DNA of 64,000 nt from an uncultured Butyricicoccus sp. (GCA_904420185.1 CAJFUJ010000005.1:4204-68203), one strand, 5' to 3'. Shown: positions 1 through 10,123, counted from the first letter of the stretch. The notes: generated by a model not told the origin, from the sequence alone. Made by a program: numbers and translations.

Positions 1-15
1 CTTTTCCAGATGGCC

Positions 16-46
16 AAAAGAGGCGGCCATCGATGACCGCCTCTTT
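16..46. terminator. Intrinsic terminator downstream of the BMP gene
   Basis: Inverted repeat AAAGAGGCGG...CCGCCTCTTT with A/T tails, just after the minus-strand stop at 58. Confidence 0.75.
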
Positions 47-57
47 GCAGTTTTTTA

Positions 58-1212
58 TCAGGCGAGCTCTACATTTCTGTAATACCAGTTGCACGAGCCG
101 TAATCCTCTGCCAGCAAGGTGACCGTCTGGCCATCGTTGGTCTGGTACTCGGTTACGCCATCAAAAACGTCCCATTCGCCCGAAAGGATCTGGTTTTTGA
201 CCTCGTCGATCTTCTCCTGGGTTCCCTCTGCACACAGGTCAGAGCAAGGCGCCAGCGTGACCAGGCCGTCCGCCATATCGCCAAAGTAATTTTCACCTGT
301 CCAGGTCCCATCGATGACCGACTGCACAGCTTGGGTATAATAAACCGACCAATCCCACATAACCGAAGTCAGCGTAGAGCCCGGAGCCTTTTCGGTCATA
401 TCCGAGTTATAGCCCACCGCGTATACGCCGGCGTTCTGGGCTTCAAGCGCCGGGTTTGCGGTATCGCAATGTTGCGCGATGACATCGCAGCCCATGTCGA
501 TGAGCGCCTTAGCTGCCTGTCCTTCGCCTTCGGGGTCAAACCAGGAGCCGGTGACTTTTACATATACCTTAGCGTCCGGGTTCACCGACTCAACACCCAT
601 GGCAAACGCGTCAATGCCAGAGGTTACCTCGCCATTTTCGTTGTTCTGTGCGGCAACATAGCCGATTTTATTGGACTCGGTTTTCATCCCAGCCGCAATA
701 CCCGACAGGTAGCGGGCCTGATTGATCTTGCCAAAGTAGTTGGTAAAATTGGAGCCGTTGGATTTGTAACCTGTGCCGTGGCAGAAAATCACCTCGGGAT
801 ACTCGGCTGCGATCTGCTCGACATAGTCCATATAACCCCAAGAGGTTGCGAAGATGATGTTGCAGCCCTCTTCGACCAGTTCTTCGAGTGCGGTCTGGAT
901 CTTGGTGGCATCCTGGTCATCGATATCGTTTTTGCGGATGATCTGCTCGTCGGAAAGGCCCAGATTTTCCTGCATCCCCTGGATACCCAAATCATGGGTA
1001 TATGTATAACCAGTACCCTCGGCCGGGTTGGAGATGTGCACCACGCCGACCTTAATCTCGTCCTTGGGGACCGCCTCAAACAGGCCGCCCGAAGCCGATG
1101 GATTTCCCTCTGCACCTGCCTGCGAACCAGCCGAAGGGGTGTCGCCGCCGCAGCCGGTCAAAAGCGTGCAAGCCATAGCGCCGGATAGCAGCAAGCTCAG
1201 CAATTTTTTCAT
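58..1212 (-). CDS. BMP family ABC transporter substrate-binding lipoprotein (purine nucleoside type)
   Basis: Lipobox LLTGC; motifs GYTYTHDLG, IIFATSWGY, YLSGIAAG, GSWFDP, DVIAQHCD; AGGAGG RBS. Confidence 0.9.
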   Translation of the reverse strand: MKKLLSLLLSGAMACTLLTGCGGDTPSAGSQAGAEGNPSASGGLFEAVPKDEIKVGVVHISNPAEGTGYTYTHDLGIQGMQENLGLSDEQIIRKNDIDDQDATKIQTALEELVEEGCNIIFATSWGYMDYVEQIAAEYPEVIFCHGTGYKSNGSNFTNYFGKINQARYLSGIAAGMKTESNKIGYVAAQNNENGEVTSGIDAFAMGVESVNPDAKVYVKVTGSWFDPEGEGQAAKALIDMGCDVIAQHCDTANPALEAQNAGVYAVGYNSDMTEKAPGSTLTSVMWDWSVYYTQAVQSVIDGTWTGENYFGDMADGLVTLAPCSDLCAEGTQEKIDEVKNQILSGEWDVFDGVTEYQTNDGQTVTLLAEDYGSCNWYYRNVELA

Positions 1213-1296
1213 ACTTTTTTCCTCCTGTTTTTACGCAATGCAAACGGGCCGCTGCCCACAGCGCGCACAACTGCCGCGCCCTCAAAAAACAGCGCC

Positions 1297-1380
1297 GGCC
1301 GTGTGTCCGGTCGGTTTGAGAATGTTCCCCACTCAATAAAATGGACAAAATGGTCTTGCCCACCGCCGGAATACACGGCC
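1297..1380 (-). ncRNA. Candidate structured 5' leader (three-way junction) of the BMP gene
   Basis: Outer helix GGCCGTGT/ACACGGCC, TCCGG/CCGGA and CGGT/ACCG encloses two hairpins; pairing found by eye, not assigned to a known family. Confidence 0.4.
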
Positions 1381-1638
1381 TGTTTCCTTTGCCTTGCAAA
1401 TCCTTTTACTCCTTAAGTATAGGCGAACTTTATTTCTTTGTCAATCATCTCGCCAGATATCGCTTGCAAACAAATGGCGGCCCATGTCAAATCCTGTGTT
1501 ACCGGCGTGCGCAGCCGCAGGATCTTGCCTTTGAAATATTGTGGGAGAGGGCCGGAATATGCTATAATATTTACGGTCTTTTGTCAGGAAGCTTGCGCTC
1601 CCCTGTGCAAAGGCGACAAACAAAGGAGGTATCCTTTC

Positions 1639-2415
1639 ATGGTGAAACAAGAAATCTGCATGGTGGTGTACCGGGAGGAACGCGGCAATGGGCTGTATGC
1701 CCTGACCATGCGCGCCCCCCGGATTGCCTGTTGCGCACAGCCCGGGCAGTTCCTCCACATTGCATGCGGCGAAGGCAATCTGCTGCGCCGCCCGATTTCA
1801 ATTTGTAATGTACAGGGGGATCTCATCAAAATCTTCTTCGAAGTCAAGGGCAGCGGGACAGCTTGGCTGGCCCGGCGCGGCCCGCGCGATGTGCTCGACG
1901 TGCTTGGCCCGCTCGGCCACGGGTTTGACCTGCCCGCCCTGGGCGCGCGGCCGGTCATGATCGGCGGCGGCATCGGTGTGCCGCCCATGCTCTACGCGAT
2001 GCGCGCGGCCCGCGACGCCTGCAACGCACAACCTTCAGCTATTTTGGGCTTCCGCAGCCGCAACCTCATCCTGCTGCAAAGCCAATTTGAAGAGCTGGGG
2101 CCCACCCACATCTGCACCGACGACGGTACCAGCGGCGTGCACGGCTTTGTTTCCGATGTACTGCAAGACCATCTGCGGGAATACACCGGCATTTGCGCTT
2201 GCGGCCCCCGGCCCATGCTCAAGGCTGTGGCCGAAATCGCCGCGCAGGCCGGCCTGCCCTGCCAGGTGTCGCTGGAAGAGCGCATGGGCTGCGGCATCGG
2301 CGCTTGCCTGGTGTGCGCGTGTGCACTCAAGCTCAAAGACGGACAAGAGGGCGTGCGCTACGGCCATGTGTGCAAAGACGGCCCGGTATTCGACGCAAAG
2401 GAGGTTGTTTGGTGA
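1639..2415 (+). CDS. pyrK: Dihydroorotate dehydrogenase electron transfer subunit
   Basis: QPGQF, LRRPISI, GPLGHGF, GGGIGVPP and EERMGCGIGACLVC...CKDGPVF [2Fe-2S] motifs; AAGGAGG RBS before ATG 1639. Confidence 0.95.
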   Translation: MVKQEICMVVYREERGNGLYALTMRAPRIACCAQPGQFLHIACGEGNLLRRPISICNVQGDLIKIFFEVKGSGTAWLARRGPRDVLDVLGPLGHGFDLPALGARPVMIGGGIGVPPMLYAMRAARDACNAQPSAILGFRSRNLILLQSQFEELGPTHICTDDGTSGVHGFVSDVLQDHLREYTGICACGPRPMLKAVAEIAAQAGLPCQVSLEERMGCGIGACLVCACALKLKDGQEGVRYGHVCKDGPVFDAKEVVW

Positions 2416-3320
2416 TGGATCTACGGGTGAATCTCTGCGGGGTGGAACTGAAAAACCCCATAACCACTGCTTCCGGTACCTTCGGCTTTGGGCATGAGTA
2501 CCACACGTTTTTCGACTTGTCCCGCCTGGGCGGCGTGGGTGTCAAGGGCTTGACCCCCACCGAGCGGCCAGGCAACCCGGCTCCCCGCATCGCTGAAACC
2601 CCATCCGGCATTTTAAACTGTGTGGGCCTGCAAAACCCGGGCATCGACCGCTTCATTGAGGAGGAAATCCCCTTCCTGCGCCAGTTTGACACCAAAATCA
2701 TCGCCAATGTCTCGGGCAGCACGGTAGAGGAATACGAGGGCATGGTCGAAAAAATCTCGGACGCAGACGTCGATCTGATCGAGATGAACATCTCCTGCCC
2801 CAACGTCAAGTGTGGCGGCATGACCTTTGGCACCCAGCCCGGCATGGTCGAAGAGGTGGTCGGCGCGGCCAAGAAAAAGGCCAAAAAGCCGCTCATCGTC
2901 AAGCTCAGCCCCAATGTCACCGACATTGCGGAAATCGCCCGCGCAGCCGTACACGCGGGCGCGGACGCGCTCAGCCTGATCAACACCCTGCTCGGGATGC
3001 GCATCGACGTGGATACCCGGAAGCCCATCCTGTCCAATGTTATGGGTGGCCTGTCCGGTCCTGCCGTTTTCCCGGTCGCCGTACGCATGGTCTATCAGGT
3101 GCGCCAGGCAGTCGATGTTCCCATCATCGGCATGGGCGGCATCCGCACAGGGCGGGATGTCGCTGAAATGCTGCTGGCAGGCGCCAATGCGGTAGCCATT
3201 GGCACCGCGCTGTTTGCCGACCCGCTCGCACCGGTCAAGGCGCTCGAAGGGTTGGAAGCGTATATGCAGTCCCACGGGGTGGAACGGGTTGCCGATCTGA
3301 CGGGGGCTGTGTGCTTATGA
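2415..3320 (+). CDS. pyrD: Dihydroorotate dehydrogenase B catalytic subunit
   Basis: LKNPITTASGTFG, GNPAPRIAET, NISCPNV, VKLSPN and GGLSG motifs; TGATG overlap with pyrK. Confidence 0.95.
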   Translation: MDLRVNLCGVELKNPITTASGTFGFGHEYHTFFDLSRLGGVGVKGLTPTERPGNPAPRIAETPSGILNCVGLQNPGIDRFIEEEIPFLRQFDTKIIANVSGSTVEEYEGMVEKISDADVDLIEMNISCPNVKCGGMTFGTQPGMVEEVVGAAKKKAKKPLIVKLSPNVTDIAEIARAAVHAGADALSLINTLLGMRIDVDTRKPILSNVMGGLSGPAVFPVAVRMVYQVRQAVDVPIIGMGGIRTGRDVAEMLLAGANAVAIGTALFADPLAPVKALEGLEAYMQSHGVERVADLTGAVCL

Positions 3321-4525
3321 CGACCATATACCTCATCCGGCACGCCGAGGCCGAGGGCAATGTTTACCGTCGCTGCCACGGCGTTTACGACGCTCTGCTC
3401 ACCCCCAAGGCCTATCAGCAGCTGCCCCATCTGGCCGCGCGCTTTGACCCGGTCGAGCTGGACGCTGTCTATGCCTCCGCGCTCTACCGCGCCCGGCACA
3501 CGGCCAAGGCCATTGCCGACCGCAAGGGGATGCAGGTCCTCATCCGCCCCGCGCTGCACGAGATCAACATGGGCGACTGGGAAGACCAGCCCTGGGCCAG
3601 CCTGCCCCGCACCTATCCGGCCGAATTTGCCTGCTGGCGCAGCCGCCCGTGGGAATGCCAGGTGCCGGGCGGCGAAACTGTCACCCAGGCAGGCGACCGT
3701 GTACTCGCCGAGCTGCACCGCATCGCGGCGGCGCGGGACGGGCAAACCATCGCCGTCGTGTCGCACGGGTCGGCCATCCGCAGCCTGTTGTGCCGGGTGC
3801 TCGGCCTACCCGCCGACAAGGTGGCCGACATCGGCTGGGGGGACAACACCTGCGTGGCCAAGCTGCTGTTCGCGCCCGACGGCACGGTGCAGCCGGTCTA
3901 TTGGAATGATGCTTCCCATCTGCCACAGGAGCTGTCCACCTTCGCTGCCCTGGGCTGGAAGGACAGCAAAGGGATGCCGTCCTCCCGCGAGATGTGGTTC
4001 CGCCCCTACGACCCGGACAGCGAGCCCGACCGCGCACTGCTTTTGTCCTTTGTGCGGGAACAGTACCGCAGCGCCTACGGCAGCGACACCAAGCTGGATG
4101 AAACCGCCAAATTGCAGCAGGCCCGCACGGCCGCGCAGGCTGCGCCCCGAGCGGTCAGCTTCGGTATGCTGGATGACACGCCGGTGGCCCTCATCTTTTT
4201 GGACGCGGCCGACCGGGACGAACCGGATGTCGGTATGGTGGGCGGCTACTGCCTTGCCGATGGATACCGCGGCAGCGAGTTGTCGGCGCAGATCATTGGG
4301 CAGTCGATTTCGGTCTACCGCAGCCTGGGCCGGACCTACTTATGCGCCAATGTGGCCGAGCACAACGAGCGCGCCCAGGGGTTTTACCGCAAATTCGGCT
4401 TTGACCAGCACGGCGAAACCATCAACGCCTGCAGCCGGCATTTCCGGATGTACAAGCGCATCCGTGTCGATTCGCTTGAGGAGGAACGTGATCTGTTTGA
4501 CCTGAGCGAATGCGAGACCGTTTAA
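3317..4525 (+). CDS. Histidine phosphatase family / GNAT acetyltransferase fusion protein
   Basis: N-terminal LIRHAEAEGN, LHEINMGDWE and VVSHG; C-terminal GNAT-like GYRGSELS...NERAQGFYRKFGF; ATGA overlap with pyrD. Confidence 0.85.
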   Translation: MTTIYLIRHAEAEGNVYRRCHGVYDALLTPKAYQQLPHLAARFDPVELDAVYASALYRARHTAKAIADRKGMQVLIRPALHEINMGDWEDQPWASLPRTYPAEFACWRSRPWECQVPGGETVTQAGDRVLAELHRIAAARDGQTIAVVSHGSAIRSLLCRVLGLPADKVADIGWGDNTCVAKLLFAPDGTVQPVYWNDASHLPQELSTFAALGWKDSKGMPSSREMWFRPYDPDSEPDRALLLSFVREQYRSAYGSDTKLDETAKLQQARTAAQAAPRAVSFGMLDDTPVALIFLDAADRDEPDVGMVGGYCLADGYRGSELSAQIIGQSISVYRSLGRTYLCANVAEHNERAQGFYRKFGFDQHGETINACSRHFRMYKRIRVDSLEEERDLFDLSECETV

Positions 4526-4587
4526 CGGTTTCCCCTGTTTGATTCATTCTCCATAAGGCGGGCAGGTTTTCCGGCCCTTGCAGCATA

Positions 4588-4633
4588 AAAACGGCATCCT
4601 TTTCGGGGGCGAACCCCAGAAGGATGCCGTTTT
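4588..4633. terminator. Bidirectional intrinsic terminator
   Basis: AAAACGGCATCCTT...AAGGATGCCGTTTT between convergent genes. Confidence 0.85.
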
Positions 4634-4646
4634 GGTCTAGGGGGAT

Positions 4647-7253
4647 TTACCGGCTCATCGCGACCCGGTAGGTGGTCGAAGTGGTCACCTGGAAGGTATC
4701 GTTGGTATAGGTCGTATACCCCGACGCGGTGACACGCAGCGGATGGATGCCGTGCGCAATTTCAAAGGTCGCGGTGCCGTCCTCCCCTGTGGTCTGGGTC
4801 TGGTCTCCCAATACGACCGTCGCACCGCTGATATTCGCGCCAGAAGGTGCGGTCACTGCAATGGTTACTTCCTCTTTGATTTCCGCAGTGATGTTGACGG
4901 TCTGGTTCCCCGAACCGACGCGCACCGCACGCGTGATGGTCTCAAACCGGTCGCTCGTGATGGTGATGGTATAAGCGCCCTTCTTCACGAAGAAGTTGGC
5001 ATTGCCGGTCGAGTCGGTCAATTTTTCCTGGGCCGGGGTTGCGTCCGTGTTATCCTCCTGGCTGCTGGCGTCCGGTTCGATGCGAACCGATGCGTCACGC
5101 ACCGCCTGTCCCAAGTCATCGAGCACATTCACACGCACCTGGTAGGTGGTGACGAAGTTCACCCGCAATACCGGATTGACACCCGAGGACATATTGAACC
5201 GCAGGTCAATATAGCTGCGGCCATCTGCGGCCAGTTCGGACAGGGCAGCGCGGTTGATGCTGACCAGGCCGTCGCTATCAATCGTATACTGCCATCCCTC
5301 GTCCAAATCACGGTCTGCGCCAACCGCCGTGATGCTGGTCAGTTCAGCGTTGTTCACCGGGGTCAGCGTAACCTGCAAATCGCCGTATTCGCTGCTCGAA
5401 GCATTGGCGTCAAAGTCCAGCTCGGTGGAAGACAGGGCGTTGACCGGGGTGGTATCCACGACCGACAAGCTGGCGGTCAGGCTGTTGCCGTTGCTCATGG
5501 TAAAGGTGATGGTGGAGGTGCCGGTGGCGCGGGTGTTGAGGTAAGAAGCCAAAAGTACCACCGAGCCGGTTGCGGAATTATAGGTGTAGTCCTCGCCCCG
5601 GGTCAGGGTTGTGCCCGAAATCTTGACCGAGGACAGCTGAGAGCCCGACGCCGCGGTGAGGATAAATTCCACATCTGCGCCCGTGTATTTATCATAGGTT
5701 GCTTGGCTCGGCGCAATTGTGCTCTTGGACGAATCAGCGACCTCCAGGGTCAAGCGTCCCTTGCCGTTGTCGCTAAAGGAAAGCTCCAAGATGTAGGTCC
5801 CTGCATCTTCGATGCTGGTCAAAAAGGTACGGTACAAGCGCAAACCGTCCTCTGTAATACGGTAATCGGTCCCTTCTACCAGAGCGCTGCCCTCCAAGGT
5901 GACCTGCCGCAGGGTGGAAGGATCGACCGAAAGCTGGAAGTCATAGGAGTTCTCCAAATTGGAGGAGCCCTTGTCATAGGAAAAGCTGCTGGGCGTCACG
6001 GCGACGTCGGTTTCAGCCTTGACTGTCTGGCCGTTGATGGTTGCGGACACACCGCTTGCCAGTGTATAAGTAGAGGGCGTAATGCTCAATGTCGCGCCGC
6101 TCGCTAGGATGTTGGCTGCGTCGATTACACCATAGCCCGAAACCGTGCCGCCGCTATGCAGCGTCAAGGTGTTGATACGGGCGTCACTGGCCAGACTTAC
6201 CGTGGAATTGCTCAACATATCCAAATCCCAAACATCGCTGGAAAGGGTGAGCACCGTCGATTCACTGCCGTTGAGCGTGATATCGCTAAAGCCGCCTGCC
6301 GAAACGTTGAGCGCCGCCTCGGTCAGGTTGGCGGTCGACTGTACTTCGGTATTCGCCAGGTTTGTCCCGCCGGTTGCATTGACCTGGATCAAGCGGTTCA
6401 TGGACGAGCCAATCACCACAACCGGTGCGTCTACGTTGTTGAGCGTGACATTGCCGCCTGAGATCACCAAGGCGCCGTCTACGACCAAATCGTTCAAAAT
6501 GACCTGCTCGGTGCCCACGCCCTCGGTGATATACAGGTCGCCACCAACCTCGGCGTCAGACAGGGTGCAGCTTTCCGAGATCGTGACGTTTTCCACGTCG
6601 CTGCGGAAATCGGCGGCCGTATAGTTGCCGTCCACACTGCTGAGCGAATTGCCCAAGTAGGAATACAGGATACGGGCAATTTCGGCCCGGGTGACCGTGT
6701 TTTTGGGCTTAAAGGTACCGTCCGGATAGCCGACAATGTAGCCTTTTTGCACAGCGTCATAGATATACCCGGCGCTCCAGTCGCTGACCTCGTTCTTGTC
6801 CGAGAAGGTGAGCTGGTCGGGCGTTACCGCATCGGCGACCGTGGTCTTATACAGCCGGCCGATGATGGTAGCCGCCTGCTCGCGGGTGATGTAGCCCTCT
6901 GGGTCCATCTTGCCATCGCCCACGCCTGCGATGTAGCCGTATTTTTCGGCAATCTGTACGGTTTCATAGTACCAATCCGACGCACTGACATCGGTGTAGG
7001 AGATGCTGGTGGTTTCGGTAAAATGGAAGGCGCGGTTGATATAGCGCATGAACTCAGCGCGCATCACCTTTTCATTGGGGGAATAGTCGCCCGTAGTCGC
7101 GCTCGGGTTGATGACCCCTTCCTCATTTAGATAGGTAATATATTGCTCAGCCCAGTGTCCATCGATGTCGCTTGCCGCCGCAACCGGCAGACAGCAAGCA
7201 GTCAGCGCTGCTGAAAGCAGGGCCGCCAAGATTCGTTTTTTCACAGGTTTCAC
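4647..7253 (-). CDS. S-layer homology (SLH) domain surface protein with X2-like Ig repeats and C-terminal carboxypeptidase-regulatory-like domains
   Basis: Signal peptide; three SLH motifs (VMRAEF, ITREQAA, GYPDGTFKP...VTRAEIA); repeated LxxGxDY...LxxSYL beta modules. Confidence 0.85.
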   Translation of the reverse strand: MKPVKKRILAALLSAALTACCLPVAAASDIDGHWAEQYITYLNEEGVINPSATTGDYSPNEKVMRAEFMRYINRAFHFTETTSISYTDVSASDWYYETVQIAEKYGYIAGVGDGKMDPEGYITREQAATIIGRLYKTTVADAVTPDQLTFSDKNEVSDWSAGYIYDAVQKGYIVGYPDGTFKPKNTVTRAEIARILYSYLGNSLSSVDGNYTAADFRSDVENVTISESCTLSDAEVGGDLYITEGVGTEQVILNDLVVDGALVISGGNVTLNNVDAPVVVIGSSMNRLIQVNATGGTNLANTEVQSTANLTEAALNVSAGGFSDITLNGSESTVLTLSSDVWDLDMLSNSTVSLASDARINTLTLHSGGTVSGYGVIDAANILASGATLSITPSTYTLASGVSATINGQTVKAETDVAVTPSSFSYDKGSSNLENSYDFQLSVDPSTLRQVTLEGSALVEGTDYRITEDGLRLYRTFLTSIEDAGTYILELSFSDNGKGRLTLEVADSSKSTIAPSQATYDKYTGADVEFILTAASGSQLSSVKISGTTLTRGEDYTYNSATGSVVLLASYLNTRATGTSTITFTMSNGNSLTASLSVVDTTPVNALSSTELDFDANASSSEYGDLQVTLTPVNNAELTSITAVGADRDLDEGWQYTIDSDGLVSINRAALSELAADGRSYIDLRFNMSSGVNPVLRVNFVTTYQVRVNVLDDLGQAVRDASVRIEPDASSQEDNTDATPAQEKLTDSTGNANFFVKKGAYTITITSDRFETITRAVRVGSGNQTVNITAEIKEEVTIAVTAPSGANISGATVVLGDQTQTTGEDGTATFEIAHGIHPLRVTASGYTTYTNDTFQVTTSTTYRVAMSR

Positions 7254-7364
7254 CTCTTAATGCGTAATTTACGGGCCAACCGCGTGTGCGCTATGGCAGC
7301 GGCTGGGATGTTTTTTTCATTATACCATCTTTCCGGCGCGTGTACAACTCCCAAACCCGTCCCA

Positions 7365-8159
7365 TCACATGGTGCGCACATACCGGATGAACTGCCGGCC
7401 CTTGCGGCTGACGCCTTCCAGTGACGTGACCTGTGCCCGGCCCTTGCCGCGCACGGTGATCCGGTCGCCCACCTCTATGCTGCGGCCGGGCTTGAGAACA
7501 GGCAACTGGTTGACAAACACAAGGCCGTGCTCGACCATATCTTGCGCCTGGCTGCGAGGCAGTGAAAAAATCAGCGAAATCACACTGTCCAGCCGCAACG
7601 AGGCGACCGACCCTGTCCCCTCGCTTTCACGCGCAGGCGGCCGCCGCAGTGAGCCAAGCGGCACGCGGGTCAGTTGCACCGGAAACCGGCCCGCCTGGGT
7701 GAAATGGGCGATTAAAAACTCTTCCAGCTCCCGCAATGCCAAGATTTCCGCCCCATCGGGTCCGGGCAGGATGTCTCCGATCCGCTTGCGCTCGATCTGC
7801 AATCCCAAAAGCGCACCCAGGTAATCGGCGTGACGCAACGCACCGCGCGTATGTGCGCGCAGCAGGATCACCGGGCTGTTGGTCTCGTCGGTCGCAGTAT
7901 CCTGGGTCAGATATTCGGGATAAAACACCGCGCACACCCGCTCGGCATCCGCATAACCGCCCCAAAAAACGCACCGGTCCTGACCATCCGCCAGCCGGAC
8001 GGCTTCCCGCACCAATGCGCCTTGCCGCATATCCAAAAAATAGGTATTTGTTGTATAGTTCCGTATGCGGCAGGCCTCCAGCTTGTCCAGTACAGAGGCC
8101 AACAGCATCTGATCGTCATGGTTATGGGCCAATGCGTGCAAAATTTCACGTTTTGTCAT
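7365..8159 (-). CDS. ylmH: YlmH/Sll1252-like S4 RNA-binding protein
   Basis: FWGGYADAER, HADYLGALLGL...IGDI, VASLRLD and S4-like GDRITVRGKGR; GGAGGAG RBS before ATG 8159. Confidence 0.85.
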   Translation of the reverse strand: MTKREILHALAHNHDDQMLLASVLDKLEACRIRNYTTNTYFLDMRQGALVREAVRLADGQDRCVFWGGYADAERVCAVFYPEYLTQDTATDETNSPVILLRAHTRGALRHADYLGALLGLQIERKRIGDILPGPDGAEILALRELEEFLIAHFTQAGRFPVQLTRVPLGSLRRPPARESEGTGSVASLRLDSVISLIFSLPRSQAQDMVEHGLVFVNQLPVLKPGRSIEVGDRITVRGKGRAQVTSLEGVSRKGRQFIRYVRTM

Positions 8160-8326
8160 GGTATTTGCTCCTCCATCTTGGGTCTTGGCACGGACACACG
8201 TTAAAAAATACGCCGCGCCTTCTTTTACCAATGCAACAATTTCTCTATTTTCCACACGCCCTATTGTAGCACACACAAAAATCATTTAAAATAGAAAAAA
8301 GATCCCCCGTTTAAAGGAGACACGAT

Positions 8327-9307
8327 ATGGTCAAAGATGAAGTATTGCAGGCGTTGGAAGCCTGCCGGGGTGCGCGTCTTTCGGGCGGCAAGCTGGCCGA
8401 AAAGCTCGGTGTATCGCGCGCCGCGATCTGGAAGGCTGTGGAATCCCTCCGGACCGACGGGCTGCAAATCGACGCCGCGCCGGGCGGTTACTGTCTGGAC
8501 AGCAGTGATGATAGCTTAACCGAGCCAGGTATCGCTGCCTTGCTGCACACCAAGTGCCTGGGACACAAACTGCTTGTTATGCGGCAAACCGATTCAACCA
8601 ACACAGCGCTCAAACAAGACTATGCCGATCAGCCGGAAGGCTTCACCCTGCTTGCGCAAACCCAGACCGCCGGGCGTGGCAGGCTGGGCCGGAGCTTTTA
8701 CTCTCCGCCGGGCGGCGGGCTGTATATGAGCGTGCTGCTGCGGCCCCAGCTGCCGCTGGCCCAATTTAATTTGTTGACATTGGCTGCTGCCGTGGCCGTC
8801 TGCCGCGCCATCAACGCCTGTTGCGGTCTGTCGCCCACCATCAAATGGGTCAACGACATCCTGCTGGACGGAAAAAAGCTATGCGGCATCCTGACCGAAG
8901 CCGCCGTCGAGGGCGAAACCGGTGCCATCCACTATGCCATCGTCGGCATCGGTGTTAACCTGCGGCTGGATCACACGTCACTACCGGATGCGCTGCGCCC
9001 AGTCGCAGGTGCACTTGCCGATTTCACCAGCCAAGTCCCGCGCCGCGCCGCCCTGGCTGCCGCCATCTTGGAGCAGCTCGAGCGCACCTATGCTTGCCTT
9101 TCTGCCGGGCAGACCGCCCCCATCTTGGACGCCTACCGCGCCCATCTGTGCTATATCGATCAGCCCATCCGGGTGCTGTCCCCATCTGGCGCCTATGAGG
9201 CCATCTGCCGCGGCATAAACGACCAGGGCAATCTCCTCATCGAGCGGCCGGACGGCACACGGGACGTCCTGCAATCAGGCGAAATCAGCACGCGGCCGGT
9301 GTGCTAA
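8327..9307 (+). CDS. birA: Bifunctional biotin--[acetyl-CoA carboxylase] ligase / repressor
   Basis: HTH LSGGKLAEKLGVSRAAIWK; DSTN, QTAGRGRLGR, KWVND and KKLCGIL. Confidence 0.95.
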   Translation: MVKDEVLQALEACRGARLSGGKLAEKLGVSRAAIWKAVESLRTDGLQIDAAPGGYCLDSSDDSLTEPGIAALLHTKCLGHKLLVMRQTDSTNTALKQDYADQPEGFTLLAQTQTAGRGRLGRSFYSPPGGGLYMSVLLRPQLPLAQFNLLTLAAAVAVCRAINACCGLSPTIKWVNDILLDGKKLCGILTEAAVEGETGAIHYAIVGIGVNLRLDHTSLPDALRPVAGALADFTSQVPRRAALAAAILEQLERTYACLSAGQTAPILDAYRAHLCYIDQPIRVLSPSGAYEAICRGINDQGNLLIERPDGTRDVLQSGEISTRPVC

Positions 9308-9870
9308 CCATCGCGCCCATCCTCTTCTGCACATGGTGTACTCAGTCCGCCCTTGTCATAGAGCAAACCTTTTTCCTGTAAGGCGGCGCGCACACGCTCA
9401 AACACTGCCTGGCTCGGGCAGTGGATTCGATGCAAATGGGTCCCATCGGTCAGCGCCGAGAGCGGCCGTGCGCCCGACCGCGCCAGCTTGTCCTGGAATT
9501 CATCCACATCATAGCGGGAAAATAGATGTAAGGGCGCGCAAATTTGGCCATACACCGAGTGCTCCACCGTGACATCCAGCACAGCGCCGCCGTTGTCGAT
9601 AATGGTATATAATTCTTCCTTTTGCCGCTCCAAGCCGTGCCGGCAAGCCAAGGTGTACACCACCCCTTCGGCTAGCTCGCTAGCCGGTTCCAGCACATAG
9701 CCGCGCGGGGTGGCCAGCACATTCAGCCCGCCGGCCCGCAGCAACGCCACATCCCCGACGATGATCTGGCGGCTGACGGCAAACTGCGCCGCGATATAGC
9801 TTGCGCTCAGCGGACCGGAGGCTTGCTCTAGCAATTTTGTAATCTGTTTACGCCGCTCTTCTGCGTGCAT
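9304..9870 (-). CDS. niaR: Niacin-responsive repressor NiaR/NadR (HTH + 3H domain)
   Basis: VSRQIIVGDVALLRA...ATPRGY, EHSVYG and LTDGTHLH; AAGGAGG RBS before ATG 9870. Confidence 0.9.
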   Translation of the reverse strand: MHAEERRKQITKLLEQASGPLSASYIAAQFAVSRQIIVGDVALLRAGGLNVLATPRGYVLEPASELAEGVVYTLACRHGLERQKEELYTIIDNGGAVLDVTVEHSVYGQICAPLHLFSRYDVDEFQDKLARSGARPLSALTDGTHLHRIHCPSQAVFERVRAALQEKGLLYDKGGLSTPCAEEDGRDG

Positions 9871-10041
9871 AAGCGTTTCCTCCTTTCCCTTCTTTCCATC
9901 CACGCCTGCCGGGTTTCAGAAGGGTGTTCTCTCTTTCAGGATACCAGTTTTTCTCTCCCGCCGCAAGAGGGAAAACGCCGCAGGTATCCCCGAAATGCAC
10001 GTCCAAAGCCAGTACAATACCGGCATAATCTGGCGGTTTTC

Positions 10042-10070
10042 TTGCATTGTGGTGTAAAATGCGGTACAAT
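10042..10070 (+). promoter_or_regulatory. SigA-type promoter of the glycosyltransferase gene
   Basis: TTGCAT-N17-TACAAT. Confidence 0.6.
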
Positions 10071-10123
10071 GGGTTGCGAAAAGGATTGAGGCGGCTATGC
10101 GCCGCAGTATAAGGAGAACGGCT

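Noticed and set aside
1560-1638. PyrR attenuator upstream of pyrK
   Set aside because: No AGUCCAGAGAGGC-like PyrR binding loop or U-tailed terminator in the short leader.
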